From NCBI RefSeq assembly GCF_018977255.1, contig NW_024704742.1, forward strand, positions 8,806,001 to 8,870,000: 64,000 nucleotides of DNA, written 5' to 3'. The notes beneath the pieces were generated by a model. The model ran no database searches and was not told the DNA's origin. It saw nothing but the letters and a program-made list of their open reading frames with translations. The stretch comes from Callorhinchus milii. Taxonomy: Eukaryota. The translations under genes and the position numbers were made by a program. Shown one piece after another: positions 52,512 through 64,000 of the stretch; positions within the stretch are counted from its first letter, which is position 1, and the number at the start of each line of letters is the position of its first letter.

Positions 52512-53805
52512 CTATTAGGGAAGCAAAAGTTGGAATAAAAGTATAGTTGTACAGTGAACAGTATAAATTGCCATTATATGTGCAACATTTATTTCTGTAA
52601 AAATTTCCATTTTCCATACATAAGTTTTATAGATAAAGCAAAGACTAAAGTAATCTTATCCAACCTTATCAATCTTTTTGAAGAAGTAACAGAGAAATGC
52701 AGTGGACGTGGAGTGTATAGATCCTCAGTAAGAATAAAGGGCAAAAAGTAGGAAATGGTGTTCCAGACAGATATGTATCAGGATCATGCACATTATTCAC
52801 TATTTACATACATGATTTAGACCCGGTTACAGAAAATATATGGATCTATAGTTGCGTGAAGCACTTTGAGATGTCCCCCCAATGCGAAAGACATTGTTGG
52901 TGTCAAAACTTGCAGAGGTGTGTGGGTGAGGGTGGGAGTGCTACAGCGAATAACGAGGACTTCAAAAAGTTGCAGGAAGAAAACTAGGATAACAAAAAGA
53001 TGCTATAGATTCTATGTAATTGTCTTAAAACTAAAAGGAAAATATAATACATCATTGACTACATATTGAAGGGGAGTTTCAGGGCTTTGGTCGAAAGCTC
53101 ACCAGAAACAGAGTGCTGGAGACAAAGCAAATCAAGTTTGTTTTCAGAGCAAGAGGGTTTGCTCATTTGAGAGGGCGAGCACGATGAGCGGTGCTGGAAC
53201 TATATGGCGCGTGAGACAGAAGTCTCTTCCTTATTTTTTTTCCATGTTAAAATAGGGTGTCCGGGTCTGGCCTCCTCCTCATCCCCCGAGTTCTCTGCTC
53301 CACCCTTGGCGGCCACTATACCCCGAGGCTCTGGAACTGCCTTCCTCACTCCCTCTCTTTCCATTTTCAGGTATCTTTCTTTTCGACCGCGCCTTTGGTC
53401 ACCTTCCTCCCCCTCCCCCCGGCTCCGCCCCGGGATCCATTACTGTAAAGTGCTCTGAGACACCATCCGACGTGGAGGGCACTATATAAATCCAAGTTGT
53501 TGTTGTTGCATGCATACATAAGGATCCAATCCATTATCCAACAATAGAACAATAAATACAGGCAATTAAGAGGCAATTGATGCAGCATACGAGTCATGTA
53601 TATGGCACCTCCCTGCTTTCAAAAGATAACATAACATTATTTTGAGGACACTGTTTCTTCTTTATTTAGAACTTTCAAGCATAAAACAGAGTGAGGAAAA
53701 ATAGTAAAAAGTGCCTGGCACACAGTTCCTTTAAGAAAGTTTAAGCAGTTAAATTGCTTGAAAACAAATTGATAGGAGCACCATAAATATGTTTATGTAA
53801 GTTAC

Positions 53806-54027
53806 CGTAAATTTCAAACTCCATGTCTGATATTGTTCATGTAGCTCCAAATTTTCTCTCTGTAATTCTTCAATAGTTTTTGACAGGGTTACATTTTCAG
53901 TTGCTTCAGATAGAAATCCAGCGAGTAGATCTCTCCATTTCTCTCTCTCTTGTGAAAGTTCTTTATCAGAATTGGAAAGTCGGATGCTGTACTTGCTTTT
54001 TATTTCTACAAAATCCTGGGTGGTGCT
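53806..54027 (-). CDS. CENPE: CENPE exon (STTQDFVEIKSKY...WSLKFT)
   Basis: 222 bp, phase 0/0. Confidence 0.83.
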
Positions 54028-54376
54028 CTGGATTAAACAGGAAGACTCTCTCGTAAGAAAAATTGCCAGTGAATAATATGAATACAACATTCAGAAATAC
54101 ATCGTCATGGTTTTTGTCAATAGAAGAACTCCACAAGTTACTCTGGTGGTAGCAAGACAGTCAGTGGTTGAAAGGAATCTATTCCTTTTTTTAATAATAA
54201 AACAGATGTGATGATTTAGTTTTTACAAAGAATTTACAAAGATCGTACAGCAGAGAAATAGGTAATTCAGCCCAACTACAGAGGTCTACACACACTCCTT
54301 CCTCCCTCCCATACTCTTCCCCCTCATGTGAAAGTCCAGCTTCACTTCCTCTATGATTCAACCAATTCCAACTTAT

Positions 54377-54527
54377 TCAGGGTGCTGATATTTTGCTGAA
54401 GAGAATAAAGCTGCTCCTTTAGTTCCTTTATTACAATCTTGTTTCTTGCCTCAGTCACTGTACTCTGATCTGGATTTAAATGCTCATTTTTCAGGACACG
54501 ATTTCCACATCCATCTTCGTATTGTAT
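54377..54527 (-). pseudogene. Dead copy of CENPE repeat exon A
   Basis: Aligns to 61641-61886 but lacks the tttag acceptor and the 3' third with the donor; runs into TAG. Confidence 0.75.
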
Positions 54528-55136
54528 AGTTTTGTCTTGGGTTTACTTCTTCAATTCCATTGACATTTTTATGCAACTCTAACAGTGAGCGATAAGTCAA
54601 TGAACACCCCGAAATCCGTTTCAGCTTCCTTCCTGGCAACTTTTACCCATCCTTGGAGAACATGGCTTTCCTATTCTGACTTCAGGTATTCATCTGTAAT
54701 AAACTTAATTTGCCAATTAGCAAATTACACCCTATCAAGTTCTCCTCGTAAATCTTTGTTGCCTCCACTCATTCTAGTATCCCCAACTTTGTGTCATCTG
54801 CACTTAACTAGTTTTCTCTGGGTCTGCAAATCCAGGTCAATGACATGTATACAAGGAACAGGAGGGGCCCCATTACAGACCCCTCAGGCACCCCAACAAG
54901 TGACTCCTTGTTGCACAACAATATCAGTGACATCCTAAACAACTGGAAGTCAGACATTTTGGTGTGGGAGCTGAACGGCATGCTGGAGGAGCGCTGGTTG
55001 GCAGCACAGATGAATATTGAATGGGGCTGCACCCCAACCACATTATAACTAGATCAGTATTACAAAGAAGCATATTAAAATAAAGTTGCACTGTATAACC
55101 AACAAGCACAATATATGTGCAATGTATAGAACACAC

Positions 55137-55310
55137 CTGAAGGAGCAGCTCTTTTTCCTGTAGATGGCACGAAAGATCTGTTTCAATTCCATTATTTTCC
55201 GACTGACTCGTTTCACTGTCTACCAGCCTCTGTTTCAAAGTAGCAATTTGTTTTTCTAAAACAGAAACTAGTTCTGCTTGTTCTTGGTTTCTTCTTTCTG
55301 TAGTTACAAC
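55137..55310 (-). CDS. CENPE: CENPE exon D2 (VVTTERRNQEQAEL...QEKELLLQ)
   Basis: 174 bp, aacag acceptor, CAG|GTGTG donor. Confidence 0.85.
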
Positions 55311-55759
55311 CTGTTAATTAAACATTTTCCATGTTTAGTATGTTGCTTAAAAAATTACTTTTTAAAAAAAACATTATACCCTAATAATATTTCAAAACAG
55401 CTTTAATTCTTTCCATGCAACAATTTTCAAAATTGTAGTTGCATTGACAGTCAAGTTAACTTCTGCATTATTGAAACATGGTGGAAAGTTTTCCAATATA
55501 CATGTGGAGTTCTGTAGATTAGTGGTTAGAGCACTCGCATCGCAAGTGAGAGGACGCGGGTTCCAGGCCAGAATGTTGGGCAAGTTGTTTTACTCCACAC
55601 GCCTCTGTTCACCTAGCAGTAAGTAGGAACCCGGTTGTTAGTCGATTGACGGAACACTTGTCCAGGAGTAATAATCCTTTCGATACACTTAAAAAATTGC
55701 AACTACAATTTTGAAAATGGTTACTGAATCCATGACTTTCGTGAGACACTGCTGTCGTT

Positions 55760-56547
55760 TTGTTCGACCCTGAGCTGTCCTTTCTCCCTCACATCCGCAC
55801 CACAACTGGCACCGCCTTCCATCACCTCCGGAATATCGCCAGACTACGCCATTACCTCACCCCTCACGCTGCTGAAACCCTGGTTCACGCCTTTGTCACC
55901 TCAAGGCTGGACTATGGGAACTCTCTCCTCGCCGGCCTTCCCGGCACCTCCCTCCACAAGCTGCAGGTCATTCAGAACTCTGCAGCTCGTGTACTGTCCC
56001 GCACCAGGCTTCGCGACCACATCACTCCCACCCTCGCTCGCCTCCACTGGCTCCCCATCCCCCAGAGGATTGATTTCAAGATCCTCATCCTCACCTACAA
56101 GGCCATTCACGGCCTTGCTCCCTCCTACCTCTCCAACCTACTATCCCCCTACCTACCTGCCCGTACCCTCCGTTCCTCTGGCTCTGGTCTACTCCACGTA
56201 CCCCGCCCCAACCGCCCTACTATCGGTGGTCGGGCCTTCAGCCTCTCAGCCCCCAGGCTCTGGAACTCCATCCCCAGTGCCTTCGCCGCCTCCTCCCTTT
56301 CCTCCTTCAAGGCCGGTCTCAAAACCTTTCTCTTTGACCGAGCCTTCAGCTCCCCTCTCGACTCTCTTCCTCCTCCTCGCTCCCTCCCCTCACCCTGACC
56401 ATTTGCCCCCTCCTCTCTCCCTCCCTTCCCTCCCCTCACCCTGACCATTTCCCCCCTGCTCGGGTCATGACCCAACTGTGCAGCGCCTTGGGACGTCCTC
56501 CTGACGTGAAAGGCGCTCTATAAATGGAATCTTGTTGTTGTTGTTGT
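55760..56547 (+). mobile_element. Young 5'-truncated L2 LINE nested in a SINE (SINE halves 55505-55757 and 56548-56662)
   Basis: Uninterrupted 212-aa L2 ORF2 C-terminus, (TTG)n tail, TGTCGT on both sides. Confidence 0.9.
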
Positions 56548-57340
56548 CGTGTTTCAACCCCCCAAAAAATATAATCAATACACTTCACAATATATTCTGT
56601 GAAGCGCTATGACACATTTCGAATACGTGATAAAGTGCTATATCAAATGCAAGGATTATTATTAACAGCTAGTAAAACTCATTGCGTCAGCTCTAAAATT
56701 GGAAAGAAACCTGAAGCTACAACACAAGTTTCCAATCTTTCTCATTATTCAATGCTCTGCATTGCATTATATCATTCAGGTTGTTCAATACCACCCATAG
56801 ATAGGTTTCCAACAGCAATAACACTTGATTTTCAACAATACATTTCTCGCGTTTCGCCAAACTTTCAGCTTCAAGAGTTTGTAAAAATGGCCATTTTACC
56901 TTAATTCCACCATCTAACCTTTACCATCATCCTCCACCCCCCAAGGATGTCCCTTTCAGTGGGCATGAAGAATCCAGTAAAGTACAACCAATGAATACAC
57001 AATTCAAGCTCTCCTCTTTTAAAATGACTTGTATACATCATAGGACTCACGTAACTTCCCAATTAAATTGGGTTATAACTGAGATGCTTGGATCGTATAT
57101 TTACCCCAACTGTTCCACGTAAATCTTTTGACACTGAGCAGAACTCAAAGAGCCGTCAGACAGTGCTGCGTTAAATACAAGTTTCCCCAAATTGTTGACC
57201 GGTGTCTTCCAGTCAGATTATCTTCAGCAAATACACACACACTGACAAAAGAAAATCTTGCTGAATGGATGAAATCAGTTATTGAAATTAATCATTTATC
57301 TTTCCCAAAAAGTAGCCAAAACTAGGAATCTACTACATAC

Positions 57341-57604
57341 CATTTCAACCTTTTCACACAGAGTCTTCTCCATTGCATCTCTCTGCGATTGAACACTTTC
57401 CAGTTTGTGCTGCAGTTCATCTTTCTCCAGCACCACAGATGATTTTGCATTCTCCAGTTGCTGGACTTGATGGTTGAATTCCTGATCCAGTATTTGTGCC
57501 TTGGAAACGTTATTGATCAGCTCACACCTTAGTTGTTCAACCTCGATCAGTAAGTGGTCACGTTGAGATACTACCTGCTGAAGTTCATTTTTGCACTCCA
57601 GTGT
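57341..57604 (-). CDS. CENPE: CENPE repeat exon C3 (TLECKNELQQVVSQRD...CEKVEM)
   Basis: 264 bp, phase 0/0, open frame. Confidence 0.85.
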
Positions 57605-58312
57605 CTATCAGAAAAAAGCATAAGGTTTTACATGAAAATAACAATATTTAATTGACCAGAGGGTATCCAGGAATAACTGTAGATAAAAGACCATGTGAAC
57701 AAGACCAATGAGCTCCAGCTGCTTGAAACCCATATGAAGATTAAGTGGTGATTAATTCTAAATCTCACCCCCAGAGAAGTATTTGTTCAAAGTATTTATA
57801 CGGCACAAAACTCTCTCAGGTACGGAACCCATCTTCTAGTTGTTGGGTTCTGGAGGAACAGCATCACCTCCAGGGAGATGATGAACCCATGGGCAAGTGT
57901 TTCAGCAGTGTTTGGGTAAGGTATGGGTATAAGGTATAGTCAGTTAGAGGGATAGGCAACAAGACAAATCAACAGAACGATTGAAACCCCTAGTTCTCTT
58001 TCAGCTTCCTTCCTGGCAAGTTTTATCTCATCTATGGAGGGCACGGCTTTCCTATTCAGTGTCATCTGCAGTTTAACTACTGTTCTCTGGGTCTGCAAAT
58101 CCAGGTCATTGACATGTATACAAGGAACATGAGGGGTCCCAGTACAGACCCCTCAGCACCCAACAAGTAACTAACTCCTGTGTGCTGCACAACACGAGTG
58201 ACATCTAAACAACTGGAAGTCAGACATTTTGGTGTGTGAGCTGAACGGCATGCTGGAGGAGCGCTGGTTGGCAGCGCAGATGCGTATCGAATGGGATTGC
58301 ACCCTAACCACG

Positions 58313-58486
58313 TTATAACTGCAGCTCTTTTTCCTGTAGATGGCACGAAAGATCTGTTTCAATTCCATTATTTTCCAACTGACTCGTTTCACTGTCTACC
58401 AGCCTCTGTTTCAAAGTAGCAATTTGTTTTTCTAAAACAGAAACTAGTTCTGCTTGTTCTTGGTTTCTCCTTTCTGCAGTTACAAC
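58313..58486 (-). pseudogene. CENPE exon D1: duplicate of D2 with the donor deleted and an in-frame stop
   Basis: Acceptor intact; reads ...QEKELQL* because a segment equivalent to 55051-55144 is missing. Confidence 0.8.
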
Positions 58487-59168
58487 CTGTTAATTAAACA
58501 TTTTCTGTCTTCAGTAATTTTGCTTAAAAAGTTACTTTCTTTAAAAAACATTATACCTAATAACATTTCAAAACATAGCTTTAATTCTTTCCATGCTCTA
58601 AAATTGGAAAGAAACCTGAGGCTACAACACAAGTTTCCAATATTTCTCATTCTTCAATGCTGTGCATTGCATTATATCATTCAGGTTGTTCAATTCCACC
58701 CATAGATAGGTTTCCAACAGCAATAACACTTGATTTTCAACAATACATTTCTCGCGTTTTGCCAAACTTTCAGCTTCAATGGCCATATTCATTATAGGAG
58801 CAGCAGATTCAAGAGTTGGCAAAAATAGCCTTTTTACCTTCATTCAACAAATAACATTTTACCTTCATCCACTCCCTAAAGATGTCCCTCTCAGTGGGTA
58901 TGAAGAATCCAGTACAGTAATACCAAAGAATACACAATTCAAGCTCTCCTCTTCTAAAATGACTTGTGTACATCACAAGACCCAGGTAACTTCCCAATTC
59001 ACTCGGGTTATAACTGAGATGCTTGGATGACGTATTACGTCATCTCTAACTTGTGACTAAATATTTTGACAATAACCAAGCAGAACTCAAAGACCTGTGT
59101 TAAATACAAAAGTTTCCCCAATTCTTTGGCAGGTGTCTTCCAGCCAGAATATCTTCAGCAAACACACA

Positions 59169-59400
59169 ACAACAACAACAACAACAACAACAAGATTCCA
59201 TTTATAGAGCGCCTTTCACGTCAGGAGGACGTCCCAAGGCGCTGCACAGTTGGGTCATGACCGAGCAGGGGGGAAATGGTCAGGGTGAGGGGAGGGAAGG
59301 GAGGGAGAGAGGAGGGGGGAAATGGTCAGGGTGAGGGGAGGGAAGGGAGGGAGCGAGGAGGAGGAAGAGAGTCGAGAGGGGAGCTGAAGGCTCGGTCAAA
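59169..59400 (-). mobile_element. Very young 5'-truncated L2 3' end with target-site duplication
   Basis: Near-identical to 56330-56547; CAAACACACA at 59159-59168 and 59397-59406; empty site in the paralogous intron near 57230. Confidence 0.85.
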
Positions 59401-59507
59401 CACACACACTGACAAAAGAAAATCTTGCTGAATGGATGAAATCAGTTATTGAAATTAATCACTTATCTTTACCAAAAAGTAGCCAAAACTAGGAATTTAC
59501 TACATAC

Positions 59508-59771
59508 CATTTCAACCTTTTCACACAGAGTCTTCTCCATTGCATCTCTCTGAGATTGAACACTTTCCAGTTTGTGCTGCAGTTCATCTTTCTCCAGCAC
59601 CACAGATGATTTTGCATTCTCCAGTTGCTGGACTTGATGGTTGAATTCCTGATCCAGTATTTGTGCCTTGGAAATGTTAGTTATCAGCTCACGCCTTTGT
59701 TGTTCAACCTCAATCAGTAAGTGGTCACGTTGAGATACTACCTGTTGAAGTTCTTTTTTGCACTCCAGTGT
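59508..59771 (-). CDS. CENPE: CENPE repeat exon C2
   Basis: 264 bp, phase 0/0, open frame. Confidence 0.85.
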
Positions 59772-60051
59772 CTATCAGAAAAACATAAGGTTTTACATGA
59801 AAATAACAATACTTGATTGACCAGAGTGTATCCAGGAATAACTGTAGATAAAAGATCATATCAGCAGGACCACATGGGCTCCAGCTGCTTGAAACTCGTA
59901 TGACAGGTAAGCGGGGATAATTCTAAATTCCATCCTCAGAAGAAATTGTTCAAAGTATTTACATGGCACAACACTCTCTCAGGCATGGAACCCATCTTCT
60001 GGCTGTTTTGGGCTGTGAATAAGTGGAAGAGCAGAAAAATACATCACTTAC

Positions 60052-60177
60052 TTTTTGCTTCTCTTCGTTTATTGTGTGTTCCTTTTCTGACAGATATTGT
60101 TTCAGTTCAATTTCATTTTTCTGCTTTACTTTTAGTTCTTCTTGTAGATTTCTCATCTCTGCCTGATTCTCCACAGC
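60052..60177 (-). CDS. CENPE: CENPE repeat exon B2 (AVENQAEMRNLQEELK...)
   Basis: 126 bp, phase 0/0; with exon A gives DLQESIEM|AVENQAEMR, like the CENP-E stalk repeat DLKENIEM.IENQEELR. Confidence 0.87.
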
Positions 60178-61640
60178 CTGCAAAAGAGTGAATATGAGTT
60201 GCCTATTGTAACAAAAGTAAGGTACAGTTTTAAACAACATTTATATAGCGCCACTCACACAGGGTAGTATCCCAGAGCGCTTGAGAGTGACGGTGATTGT
60301 TATCGAGCCGGGTGAATGGACCTTAGACACCTTTGAGGAGTAAGGTCTTGAGGTGCGACCTGAAGATCGGGAAGGATGGGGCAAGAGTGCAGGATAGAGG
60401 AAGCATGTTCCAGAGTTTGAGGGAGTAGTGGCTGAACTTGCGGCAACCAATAGTGGAACGGAGGGCATGGGAGGAGGCCAGAGCTAGTCGAGTGGAGGTA
60501 AAGGGTAGGGAGTTGTGGAGTTATGCAGGTCAGAGAGGCAAGCAGATGCTACAGCATGAACCGATTTGGTCGAGTTTTAGGATTTTGAAATCTATCCATT
60601 CAGTGATTGGGAGCTAGTGGAGTCTGGCTAGAACTGGTGTGATAGGGTAGTGTTGAATGCGCGTAAGAATATAGACAGCAGAGTTTTTAAATTAACCCGA
60701 TCTTTGGGATACTGGAGCTGGGGAAACTCGCGAGGAGGGTGTTGGAGTAGTCAAGCCGGAAAGTGACGAATGCATGGACGAGTGTTTCAGTAGTGCTTGG
60801 GGTAAGGAATTGTTGGAGGTCGGCAATGTGCTGGAGGTGGAGGAAAGCGGTCCTGTAGGAAGGACAGCTGTGGGTCGAACTTGATGCATAGTTTGGTTCG
60901 GTGAGTCAGAAGGATGGGCAACAAGACAAACAAGACGATTAAACACACAATATGTTGCACCATTTGATAAAGCAAATCTGCACCTGCAAATGTAGATTAC
61001 TCCATTACAATAGGTCACCTATCCACCTGGAGTGATGTTACTGGAAAATTTGTTCATTAAGACCTTTCCTTTCCTAAAACTCTAAAATGTGAGCTGCACA
61101 GTGCCTCGGGATGCCAAAATGGACAAAGTAGAAAATAAACTTTTGTTCAGTTTGGTATGGTGGGAAAAGATCGAATTGAAAGAGTATAATTTTCTTAAGA
61201 AAAATAATGATCCAATAGCTAGAACTCATGCAGTCCAGGCTGACATACCAGTGGAGAGCTGGGAAAAGCGATGCATTGTGAGAGGTGCCGTCATTCAGAT
61301 GAGACATTAAATCAATGTTTTCTCTGCCTGTTCAGGTGGACATTAAAGATAGTATAGCACTATTCGAAAAGAGAAAGGGAGTTTTGTCCCCAATGACTCA
61401 GCCAACAATCCTGCAGACAGAATTGGTCAATCATTTCATGGTTGTTTGTGAGACATTGCTGTGCTGCTTCACCCACAATATACCCAGTCACTAAATACTG
61501 TCCAGTATTTCCTGTAAAGTGCTTTGAGACGTGCTCCCAATGCAAGAAGTGCTAAATCAGCTGTAAGGATTATTTATTTATCTAACTTCTGTTCCGGGAA
61601 ATTCAAGCTTATTGTGGGGAATTAAACCGCTTCAATTTAC

Positions 61641-61886
61641 CATCTCAATACTCTCTTGGAGATCACACTTCATTTGTTCACTCTCAGTTTGAAGGCTTGC
61701 TCGTTCTTGCTGTAGCTGCTTCTTCTCGGTCCTCAGGGTGTTCATGTTCTGCTGAAGAGAATAAAGCTGCTCCTTGAGTTCCTTTACTTCAATCTCATTT
61801 CTTGCCTCAATCACTGTACTCTGATCTGGATTTAAACACTCATTTTCCAGGACATGATTTCCACATCCATCTTGGTATCGTATCTC
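61641..61886 (-). CDS. CENPE: CENPE repeat exon A2 (EIRYQDGCGNHV...DLQESIEM)
   Basis: 246 bp, phase 0/0. Confidence 0.87.
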
Positions 61887-62350
61887 CTAAATAGTTGTAC
61901 AGACATATGATAAATCCTTTGATCACAAGATGGGTTTCAATGAAGATAGTTTGGCCCATTTAATCTCACCCTCCCAAAATACTTATGTTTCTGACTTCCC
62001 ATTACAGCTTCAAGCTGCTTTTTAAACTAAATCAGATTTCTAGGATCCAGGTAACTTCCAAATTCAATTGGGGTATAACTGAAATGCTTTGATGGTGTAT
62101 TATGTCAACTCTGACTTGTCACTGTAGATTTTTTTACACTAACTGACCAGCACTCAAAGACCTGTCAGACTGGTGCTGTGTTAAATACAAGTCTCCCCAA
62201 TTCCTTGGTAGGTGTCTACCAGTCAGAATATCTTCAGTAAATACACACTCGCCGACAAAAGAAAATCTTGCTGAATGGGTGAAATCAGTTATCGAACTTA
62301 ATCACTTATCTATCCCAAAAAGTAGCGTAAACTAGGAATCTACTACATAC

Positions 62351-62605
62351 CATTTCACACAGAGTCTTCTCCATTGCATCTCTCTGCGATTGAACACTTT
62401 CCAGTTTGTGCTGCAGTTCATCTTTCTCCAGCACCACAGATGATTTTGCATTCTCCAGTTGCTGGACTTGATGGTTGAATTCCTGATCCAGTATTTGTGC
62501 CTTGGAAATGTTATTGATCAGCTCACGCCTTAGTTGTTCAACCTCGATCAGTAAGTGGTCACGTTGAGATACTACCTGCTGAAGTTCATTTTTGCACCCG
62601 AGTGT
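62351..62605 (-). CDS. CENPE: CENPE repeat exon C1
   Basis: 255 bp (9 bp shorter than C2/C3, in frame), phase 0/0. Confidence 0.85.
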
Positions 62606-62810
62606 CTATCAGAAAAAACATAAGGTTTTGCATGAAAATAACAATAACGGCTCCACTTCCTTGAAACCCATATGAGGATTAAGTGGCGATTAATTCTAAA
62701 TCCCATCCTCAGAAGTAATTGTTCAAATCATTTATATGGCACAAAACTCAGTTATGGAACCCGTCTTCTGGCTGTGAGTAAGTGAAAGAGCAGAAAAACA
62801 CATCACTTAC

Positions 62811-62936
62811 CTTTTGTTTCTCTTTGTTTATTGTGTGGTCCTTTTCTGACAGACTTTGCTTCAGTTCAATTTCATTTTTCTGATTTACTTTTAGCTCTTC
62901 TTGTAGATTTCTCATCTCTGCCTGATTCTCCACAGC
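62811..62936 (-). CDS. CENPE: CENPE repeat exon B1
   Basis: 126 bp, phase 0/0. Confidence 0.87.
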
Positions 62937-63626
62937 CTGCAAAAGTGAATATCAGTTGCCTCTTGCAACAAAAGTAAGGTCGTTTTAAGCCACATTTCTA
63001 TAACATCCCTCATGCAGGGTAGCGTCCTCGAAAGCTTGACTGTGACGGTGATTAACTCTGACCTGGGGGAAGGGACCTTAGACATGGTTGAAGAGGAAGG
63101 TCTTCAGGTGTGACCTGAAGACTGAGAAGGATGGGGAAAGGCAGAGGGATAGAAGGAGCATGTCCTAGAATCTCGGGGCACATGGCTGAAAGTGCAGCCA
63201 CCGATGGCTAGATAATTGACATCCTTTGAACTCATGCAGTCCAGGCTGACATACCAGCCAAGATCTGGGAAAGCGCTGCATTGGTGCCGTCATTTGGATG
63301 AGACATTAAATCGAGGTCTCCTCTGCCTGTTAAAGATAGTATAGCACTATTCAAAAAGAGAAAGGGAGTTTCTCCCAATGACTTTGCCAACAATCCTCCA
63401 GACAGAATTGGTCAATCATTTCATGGTTGTTTGTGGGACATTGCAGTGCTTGCTTCACCCACAAAATACCCCATCACTAAACACTGTCCAGTATTTCCTG
63501 TAAAGTGATTTGAGACGTGCTCCCAAGCCAAAAAATGCTAAATTAGCTGTAAGGATTATTTATTTATTTTACTTTTGTTCCGGGAAATTCAAGGTTATTG
63601 TGGGGAATTAAACCGCTTCAATTTAC

Positions 63627-63872
63627 CATCTCAATACTCTCTTGGAGATCACACTTCATTTGTTCACTCTCAGTTTGAAGGCTTGCTCGTTCTTGCTGTA
63701 ACTGCTCCTTCTCGGTCCTCAGGGTGTTCATGTTCTGCTGAAGAGAATAAAGCTGCTCCTTGAGTTCCTTTACTTCAATCTCATTTCTTGCCTCAATCAC
63801 TGTACTCTGATCTGGATTTAAACACTGATTTTCCAGGACATGATTTCCACATCCATCTTGGTATCGTATCTC
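63627..63872 (-). CDS. CENPE: CENPE repeat exon A1; the gene continues beyond the window
   Basis: 246 bp, about 3 differences from A2, offset 1986 bp. Confidence 0.87.
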
Positions 63873-64000
63873 CTAAATAGTTGTACAGACATATGATAAA
63901 TCCTTTGATCACAAGATGGGTTTCAATGAAGATAGTTTGGCCCATTTAATCTCACCCTCCCAAAATACTTATGTTTCTGACTTCCCATTACAGCTTCAAG

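Overview
Eukaryotic (vertebrate) genomic DNA, most likely a cartilaginous fish, judged from the tRNA/Deu-domain SINEs with L2-type tails, L2 and CR1 LINE fragments; the species cannot be determined. Four protein-coding genes were assembled by hand from splice sites and reading frames. (1) A complete 7-exon NOA1 (mitochondrial circularly permuted GTPase; minus strand, 335-11363, about 711 aa) with a CpG-island promoter. (2,3) A convergent pair of 4-exon single-domain Kazal protease inhibitor (SPINK-like) genes (+ 19516-22973 and - 30284-33263) whose promoters and exon 1 are nearly identical while the Kazal exons differ by about 32% and carry different P1 residues (Leu vs Gly). (4) The 3' part of CENPE (minus strand, 38915 to beyond the window end, ending in the CKTQ CaaX box), whose coiled-coil stalk exons are recently tandem-duplicated (A-B-C-A-B-C-[D pseudo]-C-D-[A pseudo]). 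Between NOA1 and the first SPINK gene are a decayed Gypsy pol remnant and a 2.55-kb minisatellite enclosed by an 81-bp inverted repeat. No prokaryote-type system (CRISPR, operon) is present. All identities were counted by eye and no database search was run.
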